Assembly (NCBI GenBank): GCA_963784895.1
Contig: CAWATM010000017.1
Span: 157,251-181,250 of the forward strand
Length of the DNA stretch: 24,000 bases
Source of the DNA: an uncultured Gaiellaceae bacterium
GTDB taxonomy: Bacteria > Actinomycetota > Thermoleophilia > Gaiellales > Gaiellaceae
Direction: 5' to 3'
A program made the translations under genes and the position numbers. Shown here piece by piece: positions 19,745 through 24,000 of the stretch (the first letter of the stretch is position 1; each line of letters begins with the position of its first letter). A model generated the notes under the pieces. That model did not search any database. It saw only the letters and a list, made by a program, of their open reading frames with translations, and was not told the DNA's origin.

Positions 19745-22160
19745 CCTTGACCCCGGGCGCGGCTGCGAGCCCGGCAAGAGTCTTCTGCTCGACGACTTTC
19801 CCCGAGCCCCCCTCGACCCACGTGATCGCCGGCTCGAGCTTGAGGCGCCGCAGCCGCCTGCGCGCGTCGGCGATGTCGCGCCCGACGAGGTTTGGGATCA
19901 CGCCCTCCGTCGCCTTCGAGACGACGAGGATGATGCGGTCGTACGAGGAGCGGTAGCCGCGCTTGGGGCGCTGGTCGACGACGACTCCGGGCTGCTGCAG
20001 CGGGGCGGCGGGCTTGTAGACGAGCTCGGCGGTGAGCGGCTGGGCCTCGACACGCGCCTGCGCCTCAGCGAGCGTCAGCGTGCGCACGTCGGGCACCTGC
20101 ACCTCGTTCTCGAGGCAGTTGGCCGCCTTGCTCGGGCCGGTGCCGGCGAAGTAGACAACCTCCCGTCGCTCGCGGCAGAGGCCGTTGTCGAGCATGAGCC
20201 GGTCGCCGCGGCGGACGACGAGCTTCGGCGCGACGTAGGGCGTCAGCGGCGCCGGGAAGCCGACGGGCTCCTCGCTCTTGACCGCTTTCTCCATGAAGGA
20301 CTTCCAGATCAGAGCCGGGAACGTGCCGCCCGTGACCGGCTCGCCGCGGAACTCGGTCAGCATCGGCTTCAGCGTCGTCGGGTAGCCGACCCAGACCGCG
20401 ACCACGAGCTGCGGCGTATAGCCCACGAACCAGGCGTCGCCGTAGTTCTCGGTCGTGCCCGTCTTGCCCGCCATCGGCCGGTTCGGCAGGTACGCGCGCT
20501 TCCCGGTGCCGAAGCGGACCGCCTGCTGCAGGATCGTGTTGACGACACCTGCCTGCATCGGGGTGAGCGCCTTGAACTCTTTCGGCTTGTTGTGGCGCGT
20601 ACGGCCTGCGCGGGTGACCTCGTCGATCACCCGTGGCCGGTTGCCGAAGATCGCGCCGTCCGCGCGCTCGCCGCCGTTCGCGATCGTCGCGTAGGCGCGC
20701 GCGAGCTCGAGCGGCGTGACGGCTTCCGCGCCGAGCCCGATCGCGTAGTAGCCGTCGAGCTTGCTCCGGATCCCGAGCCGCTTCGCGGTCTCGGCCACCT
20801 TCTTCGAGCCGACCAGCTGCGTCAGCTGCGCGTAGACCGCATTGTCCGACTCGACCGTCGCCGTCTCGAGATCGACGTTGCCGAAGTAGACGTCGTCGTA
20901 GTTCCCGACCACCCAGTCCTTGTCGCCCAGGTCGATCGACTGCGGTTCCGACTGGAAGCGCGTCGCCGGCGAGATCCCCTGGCGCAGAGCCGTAGCGAGC
21001 ACGAACGGCTTGAAGGACGAGCCCGGCTGGCGGACGCCCTGGACGGCGAGGTTGAACTGGCTCTTGCGGTAGTTGTTGCCGCCGATCATCGCGCGGACAG
21101 CGCCGTCGCGGGGGTCGATCGCGACAAGCGCGGCGGACGGGCCGTTGGCGTCGGTCAGCCACTTCGAGATCGCGTCGCGTGCCGTCTGCTGCAGCTCGAG
21201 GTCGATCGTCGTCCGGACGCGCAGGCCGCCGCCGAACACCTTCGTCTGGCCGTACTCGTCGATCAGCTGCTGCTTGACGTAGTTGACGAAGTGCTGCGCC
21301 GGGCCTTCGGTGCCGGGGAGGCGGACGTCGTCCGGGTCGGGCAGGTCGGTCGCGTCAGCGGTCTCGTACTGCTCCTGCGTGATCTTCGACTCCTCGAGCA
21401 TCGCCTGCAGGACGACGCGGCGCCGCTCCTTGGCCGCACCCGGATTGTTGACCGGGTCGTAGCGCGTCGGGTCGGCGGGGATCCCGGCGAGGAGCGCCGA
21501 TTCGGCCAGCGTCAGGTCCTTGGCGCCGTGCTGGAAGTAGACGAGCGCGGCTTGCTGAATCCCGTAGGCACCGTTGCCGAAGTAGATCGTGTTCAGGTAC
21601 TCCTGCAGGATCTTCTGTTTCGACCAGCCGCCGGGGTCGCGCTCGAGCTGCCAGGCGTAGGCCGCCTCGCGCACCTTGCGGGCGATCGTCTTCTGATCGC
21701 GGTCGAGCGCGTTCTTGACGAACTGCTGTGTGATCGTCGAGCCGCCCTCGACCACGCCCTTGCTGCGAACGTCTGCGAGCAGGGCGCGCCCGATGCCGCG
21801 CAGGTCGATGCCGTCGTGCTCCCAAAAGCGGCGGTCCTCGATCGCCACGATTGCGTGCCGCATCGGATCCGCGATCTGGTCGTAGCTGATCAGCGTCCGC
21901 GCCTCCGAGCCGCGCAGGACGGCGAGAATTCGCTTGCCGTCCTTGTCGTAGATGTAGCCGTTCACCTGCTTGTCCAACTGACGCTGCGGATCGAGCTTGC
22001 CCGCGTCGATCTCGGCGGCGACGGCCCGGATCAACCCGAAGCTGAACGACACCGACCCGACGATCACGAGGACGGCGAGGAGCGCAAGGAGGCGCAGCTT
22101 GCGGATTCGGCGACGCGGCCGAGCACGATTTTTCCTGCTGAACACCCGCAAGGGGTGCAT
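19698..22160 (-). CDS. class A penicillin-binding protein (glycosyltransferase + transpeptidase) with two C-terminal PASTA domains
   Basis: 820 aa from ATG 22160 (SD GGAGG, 7 nt). It has an N-terminal TM anchor, GT51 motifs ([35 protein letters not shown]) and TP motifs (PGSSFKP as SxxK; KTGTT). Two PASTA-like repeats lie near the C-terminus ([16 protein letters not shown]..., [16 protein letters not shown]...). Confidence 0.93.
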   Translation of the reverse strand: MHPLRVFSRKNRARPRRRIRKLRLLALLAVLVIVGSVSFSFGLIRAVAAEIDAGKLDPQRQLDKQVNGYIYDKDGKRILAVLRGSEARTLISYDQIADPMRHAIVAIEDRRFWEHDGIDLRGIGRALLADVRSKGVVEGGSTITQQFVKNALDRDQKTIARKVREAAYAWQLERDPGGWSKQKILQEYLNTIYFGNGAYGIQQAALVYFQHGAKDLTLAESALLAGIPADPTRYDPVNNPGAAKERRRVVLQAMLEESKITQEQYETADATDLPDPDDVRLPGTEGPAQHFVNYVKQQLIDEYGQTKVFGGGLRVRTTIDLELQQTARDAISKWLTDANGPSAALVAIDPRDGAVRAMIGGNNYRKSQFNLAVQGVRQPGSSFKPFVLATALRQGISPATRFQSEPQSIDLGDKDWVVGNYDDVYFGNVDLETATVESDNAVYAQLTQLVGSKKVAETAKRLGIRSKLDGYYAIGLGAEAVTPLELARAYATIANGGERADGAIFGNRPRVIDEVTRAGRTRHNKPKEFKALTPMQAGVVNTILQQAVRFGTGKRAYLPNRPMAGKTGTTENYGDAWFVGYTPQLVVAVWVGYPTTLKPMLTEFRGEPVTGGTFPALIWKSFMEKAVKSEEPVGFPAPLTPYVAPKLVVRRGDRLMLDNGLCRERREVVYFAGTGPSKAANCLENEVQVPDVRTLTLAEAQARVEAQPLTAELVYKPAAPLQQPGVVVDQRPKRGYRSSYDRIILVVSKATEGVIPNLVGRDIADARRRLRRLKLEPAITWVEGGSGKVVEQKTLAGLAAAPGVKVKLVVSRARATAAAG

Positions 22161-22170
22161 GGTAGCCCTC

Positions 22171-24000
22171 CTAGGCGGCTGCGATGACGGCGAGCACGTC
22201 GTCGCCGTAGCGCTCGAGCTTGGTCGGCCCGAAGCCTTTGACCGAGGCCAGATCGCGGCCATTCGCCGGCTTCGCCGTCGCGAGCTCGCGCAACGTCGCG
22301 TCGTGGAGCACGACGTATGCCGGCACTTCGTCGGCCCGTGCCCGTTCGAGCCGCCACGCACGCAGCCGCTCGAAGAGGCCCTCGTCGGCCGTGCCCGCTG
22401 CGGCGGCCGCGCCACCGATTCGGGGTAGCTCGACGCCGGGCACCGCCCGCAGCAGCCTGAAGCCGTCCTCGCTCTCGAACGCCTCGAGGGCACCCGAGAG
22501 CTCCAGCAGCTGGAGCCAGCGCTTGACGTCCGCCTGGCTCGCAGCTGCGAGCAGGCCGAAGTGGGGGGAGCGCTGGGCAGAGCGCGGCGCGCTCATCGAG
22601 CCGCGCAGCATCGCAGTCAGCCCGGTGCGTCCGAGCGGCCACCGCAGTTCGAGCACGGCTCCGTGGATCGCGGCCGCGACGTCTTCCGGAAGCGGCGCGG
22701 CGGTCGCCGGTGTGTCGGCGGACGGCGCGAGCGGCGAGCAGACGTCGCACATGCCGCAGTCGTCGGCGAGCGTCTCGCCGAAGTGCTCGGCGACCTGCCG
22801 GTGCCGGCAGGTGCGCGACTCGGCGAAGCGGACGAGCCGGTCGGCCCGCGAGAGCGCCTCCTGCTCGTAGCGGGCAAGGAGCCGGTCGATCCGCTCGGCC
22901 GCGTCGCCCGGAGGCTCGGGCACCTCGATCTGCATCGCCCGCCCGGCGTCGAAGCCGCGCCGGACGAGGCCGACCTGCTCCAGCATCCCCACGAGCACGC
23001 GTGGGTCGGGCTCGTCACCAAGCTCGTCCGGAAGCGCCTCGCGCCGCCCGCGCAGCCGCGCGTAGACGGTGCGGAGGTCGGCGACGGTCGGGATGTCGGA
23101 GCGCGCGAACCGGCGCAGCTGGCCGGCGTCGGATCGGCTCGCGAGCAGGAGCGTGTCCGACGCTCGCCCGTCGCGTCCGGCGCGGCCGACCATCTGCACG
23201 TAGCTCTCGAGCGACTCGGGGTAGTTGTAGAGCGCGACGAGCCGGATGTCGGGCTTGTCGATCCCCATCCCGAAGGCAGTGGTTGCGACGACGGTCTGGA
23301 TCCGGCCCTCGATGAAGGCCTCCTGGGCGGCCGAGCGCTCCTGGGACTCGAGCCCGGCGTGGTAGTGGACGGCGGCGAGATCGTGGACGCGAAGTGTGCG
23401 TGCCAGGGTCTCGCAGCTTCGGCGCGAGCGGGCGTAGACGATCGCCGAGGCGCCGCGGAGGTCGTGGAGCCTGCGGACGAGCGTGCGCAGGCGATCCTCC
23501 TCGCCGTCGACGATCTCGACGTCGTAGCGCAGGTTCGGCCGGACGACACTCGTGCGCACGACCTCCGGCTCCCGGCCGAGCGCGGCCGCGATCTCCCGCT
23601 CCGTCGCAGGCGTCGCCGTCGCGGTCATGCCGAGGATTGCGGGCCGACCGAGCGCGTCGAGTGCCCGGCGGATGAAGAGGTAGTCGGGCCGGAAGTCGTG
23701 CCCCCACATGCTGACGCAGTGCACCTCGTCGATGACGACGAGCCCGACGTCGATCCCGGCGATTGCGTCGAGGAAGTGGCGCTGTCGGAGCCGCTCCGGG
23801 GCGACGTAGAGCAGCCGGTAGCGGCCCTCCGCGGCCGCGCGCAAGCGCGCCGCCGCCTCGTCCGGGTCGAGCGACGAGTTGATCAGCGTCGCCTGCGCCG
23901 CCACCTCGGGTGGCAGCTTGTCGACCTGGTCCTTCATCAGGGCGATCAGGGGCGAGAGGACGAGGGTCGGCGTCGGCCGCAGCATCGCAGCGAGCTGGTA
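22171..24000 (-). CDS. recQ: RecQ-family ATP-dependent DNA helicase (N-terminus beyond the right edge)
   Basis: The frame is open to the window edge (…YQLAAMLRPTPTLVLSPLIALMKDQV). Present are DEVH (VVIDEVHCVSMWGHDFRPDY), helicase C motifs (TTAFGMGIDKPDIRLV, QMVGRAGRDG), the Zn-binding Cys cluster (CRH...CGMCDVC) and a C-terminal HRDC-like domain (AYVVLHDATLRELA...VKGFGPTKLERYG). The stop lies 10 nt before the PBP start. Confidence 0.92.
   Translation of the reverse strand, partial: YQLAAMLRPTPTLVLSPLIALMKDQVDKLPPEVAAQATLINSSLDPDEAAARLRAAAEGRYRLLYVAPERLRQRHFLDAIAGIDVGLVVIDEVHCVSMWGHDFRPDYLFIRRALDALGRPAILGMTATATPATEREIAAALGREPEVVRTSVVRPNLRYDVEIVDGEEDRLRTLVRRLHDLRGASAIVYARSRRSCETLARTLRVHDLAAVHYHAGLESQERSAAQEAFIEGRIQTVVATTAFGMGIDKPDIRLVALYNYPESLESYVQMVGRAGRDGRASDTLLLASRSDAGQLRRFARSDIPTVADLRTVYARLRGRREALPDELGDEPDPRVLVGMLEQVGLVRRGFDAGRAMQIEVPEPPGDAAERIDRLLARYEQEALSRADRLVRFAESRTCRHRQVAEHFGETLADDCGMCDVCSPLAPSADTPATAAPLPEDVAAAIHGAVLELRWPLGRTGLTAMLRGSMSAPRSAQRSPHFGLLAAASQADVKRWLQLLELSGALEAFESEDGFRLLRAVPGVELPRIGGAAAAAGTADEGLFERLRAWRLERARADEVPAYVVLHDATLRELATAKPANGRDLASVKGFGPTKLERYGDDVLAVIAAA

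Noticed and set aside
5150-22187. Very long ORFs on the strand opposite to, or in alternate frames of, recognised genes. Examples are 5150..6076(-), 6263..8068(-), 8440..9849(-), 9834..11225(-), 12778..14508(-), 14201..16108(-), 17474..18844(-), 20065..21162(-) and 20592..22187(+).
   Set aside because: They mirror genes with unmistakable family motifs (folD, gatA, gatB, serA, DegT, PBP). Their translations are Arg/Pro/Gly/Asp-rich low-complexity strings with no recognisable domains. Stop-free alternate frames are expected at this GC content.
1-24000. Mobile elements, prophage remnants, CRISPR arrays, tRNA/rRNA genes, and toxin-antitoxin or defence islands.
   Set aside because: I saw no transposase, integrase or recombinase-like ORF, no long terminal inverted or direct repeats, no regularly spaced repeats, no cloverleaf-capable intergenic segment (the intergenic regions are short), and no compositional break. 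The window looks like core chromosome.

Overview
This is a gene-dense, very GC-rich chromosomal window. Composition, an Rpf-like gene and -10-only promoter geometry suggest Actinomycetota, but that is inference. I can support 27 protein-coding genes. I saw no rRNA, tRNA, CRISPR array, transposase or integrase. Most of the content is housekeeping: folD, a cold-shock protein, gatCAB, a class-V aminotransferase next to serA, ilvE, a DegT-type aminotransferase, mpg, a class A PBP with PASTA domains, and a partial recQ. There is also a DsbA/BdbC disulfide pair, an Rpf-like muralytic protein and several membrane proteins. The best candidate for an undescribed system is a minus-strand cluster at 1816-5042. 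It holds an unknown 189-aa protein, an orphan class-I HMG-CoA-reductase-like enzyme, a ferritin-like diiron protein and a PaaI hotdog thioesterase, with no other mevalonate-pathway gene in the window. The three recognisable families all act on acyl-CoA thioesters. Other points worth a second look: (1) three genes whose conserved N-termini leave no room for an ATG/GTG/TTG start and instead begin at CTGA or ATAA stop/start overlaps; (2) serA is broken by a 1-nt insertion near 14461; (3) TANNNT boxes sit 6-7 nt upstream of six start codons that lack a Shine-Dalgarno, which suggests leaderless mRNAs; (4) a roughly 30-nt GC hairpin element occurs twice with a compensatory change; (5) a 45-codon membrane ORF is missing from the ORF track as a separate call; (6) a cupredoxin, polytopic membrane protein and mini-protein module follows gatCAB. 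All function calls rest on motif recognition by eye, since no database search was possible.
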